This document shows positions 1 through 11,409 of a stretch of 21,539 nt of DNA, in pieces. A program made the translations under genes and the position numbers. This DNA comes from Ginkgo biloba. Lineage: Eukaryota > Plantae > Ginkgophyta. Below the pieces are notes generated by a model. It searched no databases. It was not told the DNA's origin and saw only the letters and a list, made by a program, of their open reading frames with translations. How positions within the stretch are numbered: the stretch's first letter is position 1; every line of letters begins with the position of its first letter. Where the stretch lies: assembly GCA_024626585.2 (NCBI GenBank), contig JANKJI020000002.1, forward strand, positions 333,253-354,791. Reading direction: 5' to 3'.

Positions 1-1035
1 TTACATAGCTTCAAATTGGTTGCTCCCCCTTAGGACAACTTCTCTTCTTTTGTTGTTCCCCAAAAATGAAGCATGCAACTCTTTGCTTCCCCAAAACATC
101 TAGAGAACCCCTCTCTATAGTTCAAAACTAGGGAAAAACTCCTCTGCGTTTGGCCTCCATCTCTTCCTAGGCAAAAATACATTTTTTGTCTTCCCAACAA
201 GACATTCTAACTATCCAACCAAAGCAATAACACAATGATATTGTTTTTGGGCCATTTGTACATACATTCCTTCTATTCAGAATCTTGCTTTTACCAAGAT
301 GCCACATGGCAACATGGGCTAAAAATATCCCCCAAGGCGACTTCTAATCATCCACAAAAAATCTAGGTGCTTTCTGTCTGCCAGTTTAATTCGCTATTTT
401 TTTTGCAGTACTTGTTTGCAAACAACATGGTGCCCATTTGCAAATGACACAATGCCTATTTTTCTGTTTGTTTGTTTTTTTTGCAATTCTTCCAACAAAT
501 TCGTCACCACCATCTGTTTTTTGAATCTCAGCAATTATTTCCCACCAGCGAAGGTCCCTACGCCTGCGTTTCCTGCCTGTGCGCCGTTGAATTGGAAGAC
601 AAACTCCACCTTGCGTGTGCCGCGTGAGTCGCATGTTTTCTTCTATGAACCACCTGCGATCCTCCATAGGGGCTTACAGTAACAAAAGATGCCAATTGCC
701 AGCCTTTCAGATTCTATTTGTCTACTATTTGTTACACAGCATCCTTCGCTTCTTCACAAAACAAGAATCTCTGCCCTATAACTCACAGGCACCTGCAGTT
801 TCTGCTCGTGTGTCTCACAGCAAACTTTCCCCAGTCGTTAAACACTCTACAAACAGTGATGCCCTGGTGACTTCATAGCACCTGGCCACAGAGAATAGAG
901 ACTTGGAAGGAATTTCTTCTCATCTGCAAAATGTTTTTTTTACCATAGAGATTTGGACAAGCAGGGATNNNNNNNNNNNNNNNNNNNNNNNNNNNNNNNN
1001 NNNNNNNNNNNNNNNNNNNNNNNNNNNNNNNNNNT

Positions 1036-1508
1036 CTCCTCTCAAGCACCTGCTCATCAATATCTCTGATTTCTTGGTCAGGTCGGTGAGAGGGGTTGTC
1101 TTCTAGGAGTAATTAATAAACCTTCGATAATAGCCACACAATCCTAAAAAAACAGCGTAGCTACCTCCAGGTTCGAGAGGTGGGCCACTCTAGGATGGCC
1201 TTGATCTTTTCTGGGTCCACCTTCGCGCCTTCCCTGTAAATGACTTACCCAAGGAATACCAACTCGTTTGATGCGAAGTTGCACTTGGATTACTTAGCCT
1301 ATAACAGATTCTCCCTAAGGTTTTAGAGTGATGTCCTCTGATGTTCTTTATGTAAATCCCAGTTTCTGTTGTAAATTAGAATGTCATCAAAGAAAACCAA
1401 AACAAACATTCTCAAGAATGGTTTAAATACCTTGTTCATCATTGCTTGGAAGGTGGCGAGTGCATTGCTAAGGCCAAAGGGCATTACCAAGAATTCATAG
1501 TGGCCTTC
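1036..1508 (-). mobile_element. Ty3/gypsy LTR-retrotransposon pol fragment (RT C-terminal half plus RT/RNase H linker), degenerate
   Basis: Manual minus-strand translation gives [47 protein letters not shown]...AK*SKCNF...VFLG*VI..EGAKVDPEKIKAILEWP...LG LCGYYRRFI. The FFDD catalytic motif is at 1383-1394. In-frame stops and a frameshift are present. Both ends abut N-gaps. Confidence 0.95.
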
Positions 1509-1970
1509 NNNNNNNNNNNNNNNNNNNNNNNNNNNNNNNNNNNNNNNNNNNNNNNNNNNNNNNNNNNNNNNNNNNNNNNNNNNNNNNNNNNNNNNNNNNN
1601 NNNNNNNNCCAACTTTTCGATAATAAAATTCAAAATAAAATAAGAATGGGCACTAACCCATGTGGATGCCACATCAACTGTCACCCGAACAATCAAGGAT
1701 GGGTGGAGATTTACATGAAACATATACTAATTAAATGGAATACTCATCAAATCCATCAAACTAGATGCATGGAAAAGAATATTGTAGATTTTTAGAGTAG
1801 GCTTGGCTTAGAGCCTATAATNNNNNNNNNNNNNNNNNNNNNNNNNNNNNNNNNNNTAACAACTGCCTATGCATATTATATGATTAAAGATCTTATATTA
1901 ATTTTCACATGATGAATATTCCATAGGCAAATGCAGAAAATATAAACTTATCCAAGTAGCATAGAGGTAC

Positions 1971-2129
1971 CTCATGGCCATCGTGATAGGTTAAAGAGAA
2001 AGTCATGTATATGCCAACATTCTCTATAGGAACGCATGTAAGGAAGGAGAAGACAACCTGTCTGTTCATGTACCCCTTAGAGTATGTGCATTCCTTGCCT
2101 TCATCTCCTCCCAATATTGAATCGACTTC
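1971..2129 (-). pseudogene. UBR7: Degenerate exon of UBR7-like E3 ubiquitin ligase (UBR-type zinc finger)
   Basis: 53 codons, EVDSILGGDEGKECTYSKGYMNRQVVFSFLTCVPIENVGIYMTFSLTYHDGHE, match the plant UBR7 motif EADLVLGGDEGKECTYxKGYMKRQAIFSCLTCxPxGNAGxCTACSLxCHDGHE (recalled consensus). The exon is flanked by a TGCAG| acceptor (2130-2134) and a |GTAC donor (1970-1967), phase 0/0. Four Cys are replaced (F,Y,F,Y). Confidence 0.85.
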
Positions 2130-3029
2130 CTGCACATCACTTCCAATTAATCATTCGCATACATACAAAAATAAATATAATATCATTCTTTTTATAGGGC
2201 ATCTAAAATGTGTGTTATAATATGTATTAATTATCGGGCTTCTACACCTTCAATATACTCTGTTACGGTCACTACTAGCCCTAATATTTATACCATCTTA
2301 TTAATTAGTAGTTATGTTTGTTGTGATAAATATAACCATAAAAATTCCAATAATAAAGAGAAAACACCATAACTTCTTCCTTTCCATCTTCACAAAATGG
2401 GAATGTGCCATAAATTTATTGCAGAAGACTGTAAATCTTTTGTCTTTCATAAATTTTAGGCTAAATGGCCTTCAATCTTCTAAAACATTTTGAATTTGTA
2501 AAAATGGACAAAATTATCCACACAAACACATAATGAAAAAGTAATGCAATCACCAAGAAGGAGAGGATTCTTCTGCTATGACAAAATCAATCAACTCAAA
2601 AGGCCACATCAACTTTTTTTCATACAAAAATAAAAAAATTTCATGACATTCAATAGTTCATAAATGCAATAAAAATGTACACCAAATTCTCACCATAAGC
2701 TAAGTAAAGATTTTAACCTGAACTAAAAATGTTGTGGGAATCTTAAATTCTTCAGTTAAATGCTACCATTTTTTACCATACCTAAAAAGCATTCGTTAAG
2801 TAGTGTCCACCATTAACAATGTTTGCACGAGGATGAGGGAAATACTCACATCCCTTGCTCTTCACATAAAGCTTCATATGGATCGATTATATCACCCAAC
2901 TCTCTCTTAAACCTCTTCTCCAACACACATTCATAACATTTTTTGGCGAAGGTTTAGAGGTAGCATAACTGTTTCTAGTGTAAAAATTGGGCACCTGGAA
3001 ACATTATTGAAAAATTAATATGCACAAAA

Positions 3030-3342
3030 ATAGTGTAAAAATTCCTAAATTTTTAAACTCATGGTGTTTTCAATCACCATGAACTCTACAAAACATTATC
3101 CTCTAGGCCATACAAACATTCCATAAATTATGTTGGCATTCTCAACTATGTGAGCTTGACCACTCCATAACCCAAACCCAAAAAAATAATATAGTCCAAA
3201 AATTCCTAAATTTTTAAATTTATGGTATTTTCAATCACCATGAACTCTGGACAATATTATCCTCTAGGCCATACAAACATCCCATAAATTCTATTAGCAT
3301 GCTTAACTAGATGAGCTCAACCACTCCATAACCTAAACCCCA
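3030..3342. repeat. Tandem duplication, 2 copies, period about 161 bp
   Basis: ATTCCTAAATTTTTAAA...TCAATCACCATGAACTCT...ATTATCCTCTAGGCCATACAAACAT...CCACTCCATAACC.AAACCC starts at 3041 and again at 3202. Confidence 0.92.
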
Positions 3343-3736
3343 TCTTCTCAAATACTGCCATCTCAAATTTTATTGTAAACATCCCAAAAAACTTGCTACA
3401 ATTCTACAAATATTAAGAAAAATATAAAATTTTTCACCATTAAACTAATTGCATGTGAAAAATTAAAGCCACTATGAAAAAATTGAATGCTTTTGATCGA
3501 AAAAGAAAATCGCATCTATTTGGAGTTTAACTTGGGAACTATATCACTTATCACGTATGCTAGCTATAGGACTCTAGCAGAGGTACACTGAGAGTTTAAT
3601 TCAAATGTTGTATCATCATAGATTGCCATGATAACAACTTACCATGGCATGGGCCCGTCTTTTGCATATTCTTTTAGCTTAGGGAATTCAATACAGTACG
3701 AATCTTCGTCCATTCATTTTAGATCTCTAGATTAAA

Positions 3737-4138
3737 TTTTATATTTTGTACATTAAGGAGAAATTAAGACTTCCAAAATCCTAGGAGGACCAACAGAACA
3801 ATCCAGAAGCCCTCGAAGCTTCGAAGATGCATCTAGAACAATTCATTTAAATTTATTTTTTTTTTTGTGAATGAAGATGTATTTTTTTTTGTGAACGAAG
3901 ATGTATTTTAATGCTTACCTTTTATATCCGATCACAAAAAATCACTTACCATTTTATATTTTGTACATTGAGGAGAAATCAAGACTTTTAGAAGCCTAGT
4001 AGGACTAGCGAAACAATCCAGAAGCTCAAACCTTCAGAGACACGTCTAGAACAGTTCATCTAAAAATGATTTATTTTATTTTTTTTGGGTGAACAAAGAT
4101 GTATTTTTTTTTCTTCAGTCATAAAAAACCACTTACCA
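3737..4138. repeat. Diverged tandem duplication, 2 copies, period about 215 bp
   Basis: TTTTATATTTTGTACATT.AGGAGAAAT.AAGACTT...AACAATCCAGAAGC...TCTAGAACA.TTCAT...GTGAAC.AAGATGTATTTT...CACTTACCA at 3737 and 3952. Confidence 0.9.
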
Positions 4139-7100
4139 CCACCACCAATGAAAAAATATTCACTTCATTTAATCGATGTCCTTCACGTCATTTAATGGAT
4201 GTTTACAATACGACCTCGCCGTNNNNNNNNNNNNNNNNNNNNNNNNNNNNNNNNNNNNNNNNNNNNNNNNNNNNNNNNNNNNNNNNNNNNNNNNNNNNNN
4301 NNNNNNNNNNNNNNNNNNNNNNCAATAAATTCCCTTTTCCCCTTTTTTTTTTTTCTATTCACCTATTTACACATGATTCGTGTAAATCTTGTAATTTACT
4401 TTTCATTTTTTTTTTTCCTTTTATTGCATTTCATGTCTTATGATGTTAAAATATTGGTTGGCGAAGGTGCACTCAAAATTTAAACTCATAAAACTTAAAT
4501 TTTGAAAAAGACTTCCAAGCCCAAGTCAACACATTGGACATTGAATGATTTATAAAACTCCCTTTACTGCCTCATACAACCTAAGCCTCCCCTTGAAAAT
4601 ATGAAAAGCCTATATGACCATGGCTAGAAAAAAGGGCTATACAAAAATTTATATAAAAAAAATTAAACCCTTAGTTCTAACATTAGGGTTCTGTGCCCTA
4701 TTATTTTATTTTAAATCTTTTTTTTGGTTCGTTTATTTTCGAATTTATTTTTGTAGGCTATGAGTAATGTGGTGAGGGTTACAAGGTAGGGACGAGAGAG
4801 ACAAAGGATGCAAGGGAGGCACAAGACTGCAAGGCAACAACATCGAGGGGAGAAAGGGGTAGGTCAACTCATGGTGCAGGTGCAAGATGGGCAAATAAGG
4901 GAGGCACAAGAAGGGTCGTGGCTAGGGCGAGCAACAACAGGATAGAATGGGGATGAGAAGGCCTAATGAAGGAGAGCAGGGATGGTAGGGAGGATGTGAG
5001 ATCGTACAGTGAGGAGAGGAAAGCATGGCTGAGTTATGTAGGAGGGTATGATAAGGTGTGAACTCCATAGAAGTTATTATCCTGATAGAGGAGGGAAACT
5101 GGTCACCCCATCCATGAAAGCTCAAGGAAACATAAGGGTCTTAGAAAATGAATGCAAAGTGCTGAGATAGAACAAAGGTGTCAAAGAAATAAGGATAAAA
5201 TAATGGAGAAATAAGGCCCCTACACCAAAATACAGTTCATCTCATAACTCGTCCCATGGCCCATTCCTTCTTTAATTTTTTGCATGCAATTTTTTAATTT
5301 GTCCCACTTTTAAGAGAACAATGGTGATTCACCATGGAAATAAGCATGCAAAAACCATATTAAAAGAACCAGGGCTTCAACCTCTATGTGCAACACTCAT
5401 TTAAAATATATATATATTGACAACAAGTAAAAATAGAATCCAAACAAATATAATCTCTTAAGAAATTCTTAGTTTATTTACTTATGGAAGGAAATGGCAG
5501 TAATCTTGCTTTTTTTTCTTGGCAAAGCATGTACAAAATGGTGAATAATACAACAAAAGGAATAAACTCAAGGAAGTTCCCACCAACTAAACTCATAGAA
5601 TGAAGAAAAAATGTACATCATGAAGAAATCAAGATGTAACATGCCATAAAGGGGTCTCAACTCATATAAATTTGTTGCAAATTCTTTTGACATCATGAGT
5701 GTGAAGAACACCAACTCTCCAACTTACAACCCCATCTCTCAAAGTAGTTGCCAGGATGAAATAAAAAAATCCACCCTCATAACGTCCATTACAAAGAGGG
5801 GCGGGGGGTAAGGGTTGATGTCGTAGAAAGAATTCGAAGGCACACACTATAGGAAGAAGAAGCTCCATCATTTTCTCTCAAAACCCTCCCAATACACTAC
5901 CATTTGTGTAATATTTTCTCATAAAGATGACTTTATCACCATGCAAAACTTCACCATAAAAAATTTCAATATTCTCATCACAAGATGAAAAATCTCCCCT
6001 ATATGAAAGCTTCTCCCAATAATGTTTAGCTCCCATACCAAAAACTCTTCTCTCCCCCATGCAAAAATTTAAAAAAAAACCTCACCAAAAGAACTCTCCN
6101 NNNNNNNNNNNNNNNNNNNNNNNNNNNNNNNNNNNNNNNNNNNNNNNNNNNNNNNNNNNNNNNNNNNNNNNNNNNNNNNNNNNNNNNNNNNNNNNNNNNG
6201 TCCTTATATGATTAGGAGAAGCTAATACCTCCCAGGATGGGTCTGATTAGGAATGATTTATCTCACATCAAGGAAGAAACACTCCTGGGTCATCTAAGTG
6301 AACAAACAATGACCATGAGTATGTTTGTTAAGTAAGGGACCCACATGGTCACTTGAAGTTTTTTAATGCATATGATGAAATGAGGTTCTCTGAGGTGATC
6401 CCTATAAGTAATTGCATACCTAGGGGGGTTGAAAAAAGTCAGGAGTCAAGGTTGACATTAGAAAAGAATCACTTCTTGAAGGATATTCCCCTCCTGGTAC
6501 TTTTAGGATCTTCCTTGTCTTCTAAGACGTCCCACTCAATTAAAAGGTTGTTACTACCTTCAAAAAGTGTGCCTCGCCATCCTAGTAAGTAAAGGCAGAA
6601 GAAATGGAAAAGATGCATGAGGNNNNNNNNNNNNNNNNNNNNNNNNNNNNNNNNNNNNNNNNNNNNNNNNNNNNNNNNNNNNNNNNNNNNNNNNNNNNNN
6701 NNNNNNNNNNNNNNNNNNNNNNNNNNNNNNNNTTATCAATAACAAATGAGGGAATCACGCCTTGGCATAATATCGCATCCCACCACAACAACCTTTTCTA
6801 TTATCTGCTAGTGACATAGGAATCCATGATTCATAGGAAGTTACATCAAAAGAGGCCTTAGAGCTCTAAAGCAGAGTCTCGTTAAATAATTAGGAGCAGA
6901 TCCATGTAGTCATTATAGAGACAGAGGAGCATAATACTATAGATGTAATGGCTCCTGTTAGGAGAAAGAGCATCCTGGAGCCTTCCTTCAAAAAAGTTGA
7001 GGGATAACCTCTAGGGTCCTCAATATATCAAATTAACTTAGGGAGAGACCCAAAGGTCCTACCATCTCAAAAATATCCTAGCGTGGAAATATTACATGAT

Positions 7101-8049
7101 GGTTTCATCCTCACATAGGAGCCAAATGACTTAGTTCATGATGCTTCTCTCACTTTCTCACTAGATGTCCCTCCTAACTTCCCAATACCCGTGGTGGTGT
7201 CTTAGGCTACTATAGGATCACTCCCTGGTGAAAGCGATGACATGGAATGCAACGAGATATAAAATTCAAACTCTCAACCAGAATCTGATGCATCACCCAA
7301 CACTCCAAGGAGAAAGTGTATTAAAAGGAAAATGTTCCCCTCATTTGGTGGGCCCATAAGAATCTTGCAAAAATAACTNNNNNNNNNNNNNNNNNNNNNN
7401 NNNNNNNNNNNNNNNNNNNNNNNNNNNNNNNNNNNNNNNNNNNNNNNNNNNNNNNNNNNNNNNNNNNNNNNNNNNNNNAGTGATCTTAGACATGTTCAAA
7501 GCCTCTTTTCATAGTATACTTTTCCTGGCCTATTGTGTGAAAACCCCACAAATATCACTCATTATAGATGGATCTGCTACTATACTGAATTATCCTTAGT
7601 ATTCATCCACAAAAATACGAGATTAATGGAATTTTATCCTTAAGCTATGGAAATGTCATGTGATGGAACTAGCCTCACGTGCAAGATACAATGATTATGT
7701 ATTTATGTTTTTTAATGAATGAGATAATTTTAGCATCTTAAAATAATATTCACTTGTTTAACCTATCTTTTAAATTTACTAAGAATGCATGTACCATAAT
7801 GTCTTCATATTTTGCACTTATCAAATCTTTTCAATTAATATTTATACTTATGTACTTTTATTGACAACTATTGGTACATGATCCAATTCCTTGGAAATTC
7901 TCTACTTAGAATTTGGTACATAAACCTTGNNNNNNNNNNNNNNNNNNNNNNNNNNNNCACCCAAAATCACTTGGTTAGCATTTTTGCCTATGTTAGAAGC
8001 TCCATGAAACCTAAAATTTTATATAAAAGGATGGGTATAGGAAATGAAT

Positions 8050-8353
8050 TGCATAGGAGTGAAGATTGTGTTTAATGCTAAAAGAGAAAGGAGTATTGGT
8101 GTATTTATTAAAATGTTGAAAGGTGTAGGTCAGGAAAATAATGGGTGGTGCTAATAAGATGGAATGAACTAGGAGGGATATTATTCCTTTCTATATCATG
8201 TTCCATAAATGATTAGGTCATCCTCATTATATAACATGATGCATTAAGGGAATGGTAGGTATTGTAAAGAAGTATGGATGGAGAAAGGACAGACATAGAA
8301 AATAATATTTCTTTCATTGATGATTATTCAAGCATGAAAACCTTACTTTAGAT
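8050..8353 (+). mobile_element. Ty1/copia remnant (GAG-pre-integrase and start of integrase), highly degenerate and internally deleted
   Basis: FHK*LGHPH at 8201-8227 corresponds to the WHxRLGHP motif, and ISFIDDYS at 8307-8330 corresponds to integrase FxDDYSR. GVGQENNG upstream resembles the G-x-x-x-x-GLY motif. Spacing between the motifs is shorter than in intact copia. Confidence 0.65.
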
Positions 8354-9249
8354 NNNNNNNNNNNNNNNNNNNNNNNNNNNNNNTCTTGAAAAAGATCCTT
8401 GGTGAAGCAACATACAAAGAAATGGCTTTTAAAATCCATTATAAAGTACTAGAAGTTGAAGGAGGAGGAGGTGAAGGATATTGATGAGGAGAAAGTAATC
8501 ACCCATCTTTATAGCTTTGGTGCTTTTTGTACCCAAGGAAAATAACTATTCGTCAAACTGTAGCCTTTGCCTTTAGATGCAATAGTTGTTGTCAATAATA
8601 AATATTGACACTGGACACANNNNNNNNNNNNNNNNNNNNNNNNNNNNNNNNNNNNNNNNNNNNNNNNNNNNNNNNNNNNNNNNNNNNNNNNNNNNNNNNN
8701 NNNNNNNNNNNNNNNNNNNTCATAAGCCTCTTTTGACCCCTCTTTCCTGGTCTGTGACAATAATTACCTTTTCCATCCTTGATCACATTACTCTTTGTAT
8801 TGATCAACAAATAAGTATAAATATGATTTCTTATTTTTCTTATTGGGAGTGATCTAAGAAACAATTCAAATAGGATATTTTTTTCTCCTATATCATGTCG
8901 TGTTTATGAAATATTATGTATAATGTCTTATGTGTAAGTAATAAAAAACTTAATTATTTGGCTTTATTGCAATCTCAAAAGATAGAAAAATTAATGAGAT
9001 TACCTAGTAATAAAATCCAATAAAACCTCATAAATATTTGTCCTCCATCTTTAGTCCTCAAAATTTGGTTAATGCCCAAACATGCTTAAATGCATACATT
9101 TTTTCCTAGACAAACATTGTAAGGATATGGTTCCAACTATCTAAGAGAAGTTCATTTTAAACTTCCTATAATTCTCAACTCAAAAATATCCTCATTACAG
9201 TCAACCAAAGTTAGGCCATTCTAGAATGGATTTTATCTTAACATCCTCC

Positions 9250-9740
9250 ATTGACGAACTCAGGGGAGCAAATTACTCATTATAATTAAGAAGAGGTTGA
9301 GATACCATTGGATCCAAATTAAAGAAGAAGATATTTTTAAGATGACATTTAGGACCATGTATGGTCACTTTGAATTTGTTGTATTTCCTTTTGGCCTAAC
9401 GAATTCCCTAGTTATATTTATTTCTTTAATGAAAAGTTTATTTTGATCCTTCTTGGATAAATTTATCTGGGTATTCCTAAATGACATCCTTATCTATTAT
9501 ATTACTAAAGAAGAACATGTAGAGTAGCCTTAGACACTATAAGAAAACATCAACTATATGGGAAATCGAGAAATTGTGAATTTTAGATAATTAAAATACA
9601 TTACTTGGGCCATATATCTTGGAGAGAGGTGTGGCAATTAATCGTGATAAGGTAAAATCCATTATGGAATGACCATAACCTTGGTTGATGATTGAGATGA
9701 GGATATGTTTGGGTTGAGAATTATAGGAAGTTTAGAAATT
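9250..9740 (+). mobile_element. Ty3/gypsy reverse transcriptase fragment, degenerate
   Basis: Translation gives DELRGANY...YHWIQIKEEDIFKMTFRTMYGHFEFVVFPFGLTNS..IF..LM...F*SFLDKFIWVFLNDILIY...EEHV...QLYGKSRNCEF*..KIHYLGHI...DKVKSIME*P. The catalytic F.DD has decayed to FLND (9474-9485). Confidence 0.95.
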
Positions 9741-9844
9741 ACTTCTACCAAATAGTTGTACTTATATCCTTTCTACATAAGAATTTTAGATAATTAAAAT
9801 ACATTACTTGGGCCACATTATCTTGGAGAGAAGTGTGGCAATTA
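9578..9844 (+). repeat. About 63-bp segment of the RT (9578-9640) repeated at 9781-9844 next to a gap
   Basis: GAATTTTAGATAATTAAAATACATTACTTGGGCCA..ATCTTGGAGAGA.GTGTGGCAATTA occurs twice with a few differences. Confidence 0.85.
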
Positions 9845-10249
9845 NNNNNNNNNNNNNNNNNNNNNNNNNNNNNNNNNNNNNNNNNNNNNNNNNNNNNNNN
9901 NNNNNNNNNNNNNNNNNNNNNNNNNNNNNNNNNNNNNNNNNNNNNNNNNNNNNNNNNNNNNNNNNNNNNNNNNNNNNNNNNNNNNNNNNNNNNNNNNNNN
10001 NNNNNNNNNNNNNNNNNNNNNNNNNNNNNNNNNNNNNNNNNNNNNNNNNNNNNNNNNNNNNNNNNNNNNNNNNNNNNNNNNNNNNNNNNNNNNNNNNNNN
10101 NNNNNNNNNNNNNNNNNNNNNNNNNNNNNNNNNNNNNNNNNNNNNNNNNNNNNNNNNNNNNNNNNNNNNNNNNNNNNNNNNNNNNNNNNNNNNNNNNNNN
10201 NNNNNNNNNNNNNNNNNNNNNNNNNNNNNNNNNNNNNNNNNNNNNNNNN

Positions 10250-10689
10250 AGATATCTTGTTCATCCAATTCTTTATGGATATTTATATGGAATCTTAATT
10301 TTTTGAATGTAGATCTAATTTTATAAATTCTATGAGTGCATAAAATCTCTTATAGGAATTCATGGAATGATTTAGAATCTCCATATGCATGTACAAGTCA
10401 TTTTATCAAGTCACAGACAAAAATGCATGAGTCCAAAATATTTTTATAGGTTTTCAAGATTCTAAGAGTGATTCTAATAAGCATTCTCTTAAGTAAAATT
10501 ATAGTATATTCTATACTGAGAGGGATTTAGAGAGTTTCTTTGACTGTGTAGTATATAGAACTTTATAGAAGATATTGAATTCAATGTTGAAGAGTCATGA
10601 GAGAAGAAGTGTAATTCCCCCCTAGATTACATTCATATGCTTCTACACTATTAAAGGTCATTCATTTAGGCCTCTAACCAATAGTAACA
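10250..10689 (+). mobile_element. Probable 3' part of a 5' LTR of the downstream gypsy element
   Basis: Non-coding AT-rich stretch ending ...TAACA immediately before the first PBS-like motif, with gag downstream. The 5' TG end and a partner LTR were not identified. Confidence 0.4.
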
Positions 10690-10840
10690 TCATTTGGTAT
10701 TAGATCCAGGTTTGGTTTTTATGAGTGATACCAAATTCATGTTGACACATCATTTAGTATTAGAGTTAGGTTTAGTTCTAACGAGTGATACCAAATTCCT
10801 TTTAACATATCTTTTGGAATCAGAGATTAGGTTTATTCTC
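10687..10840 (+). repeat. 60-bp tandem repeat (about 2.5 copies), each unit carrying a tRNA-iMet primer-binding-site-like motif
   Basis: TGGTATTAGATC (10695), TAGTATTAGAGT (10755) and TGGAATCAGAGA (10815) versus canonical PBS TGGTATCAGAGC. Antisense GTGATACCAAAT at 10725 and 10785. Confidence 0.85.
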
Positions 10841-11409
10841 CTTGTAAAAAATTTTTTTCTCTTACCTCTTACATAGATGTATTATTTCATAGAATAGATG
10901 ATTATTTTAAGTTGGGTTATAAGTTCATTTGTCCATTTTTTCTTCAATTCTAAAGTTTTTTCTTCTTCTATGTGGTATCCACCCAAAATATATTTNNNNN
11001 NNNNNNNNNNNNNNNNNNNNNNNNNNNNNNNAAGGAACATAGTGGAGGGGAGGAGAGTAGGTTCCATCTGAAGATAATCCTTTCTTTATTCATCAAAATA
11101 AAGAAGAGATCAAGTTAGAGGGACTTAACAAGGGCACTCTTGAGGATCGAGTGGACAAAATATAAATTAATGTTAGATAGATGATGAGGGAATATAAGAA
11201 GATTCAAAAATACATAAGGGAAATTAATAAGGCCATTGAAGGGTTACTTTCCCTNNNNNNNNNNNNNNNNNNNNNNNNNNNNNNNNNNNNNNNNNNNNNN
11301 NNNNNNNNNNNTTTTCACTTCCTCAACCTATAGGCCTAATTTCTTTACCATCATAGTAGGTCAATTCGGGTTCATCATCATGGACACTCATTGGAAAAAC
11401 CCATTTTGG

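Noticed and set aside
386-878. Overlapping 87-93 aa ORFs
   Set aside because: No recognisable domain or splice context, and overlapping in several frames as expected by chance.
1736-1757. TGGAATACTCAT resembling a miR828/TAS4-MYB target site
   Set aside because: Only 12 nt match, the part pairing with the miRNA 5' seed does not match, and there is no MYB context.
5660-7380. Possible decayed TE coding or LTR sequence
   Set aside because: Manual translation of the frames I tried gave no motif I could name.
10687-10840. CRISPR-like appearance of the 60-bp periodic hairpin repeat
   Set aside because: The whole unit is repeated with no unique spacers, the context is a eukaryotic retrotransposon, and there are no cas genes.
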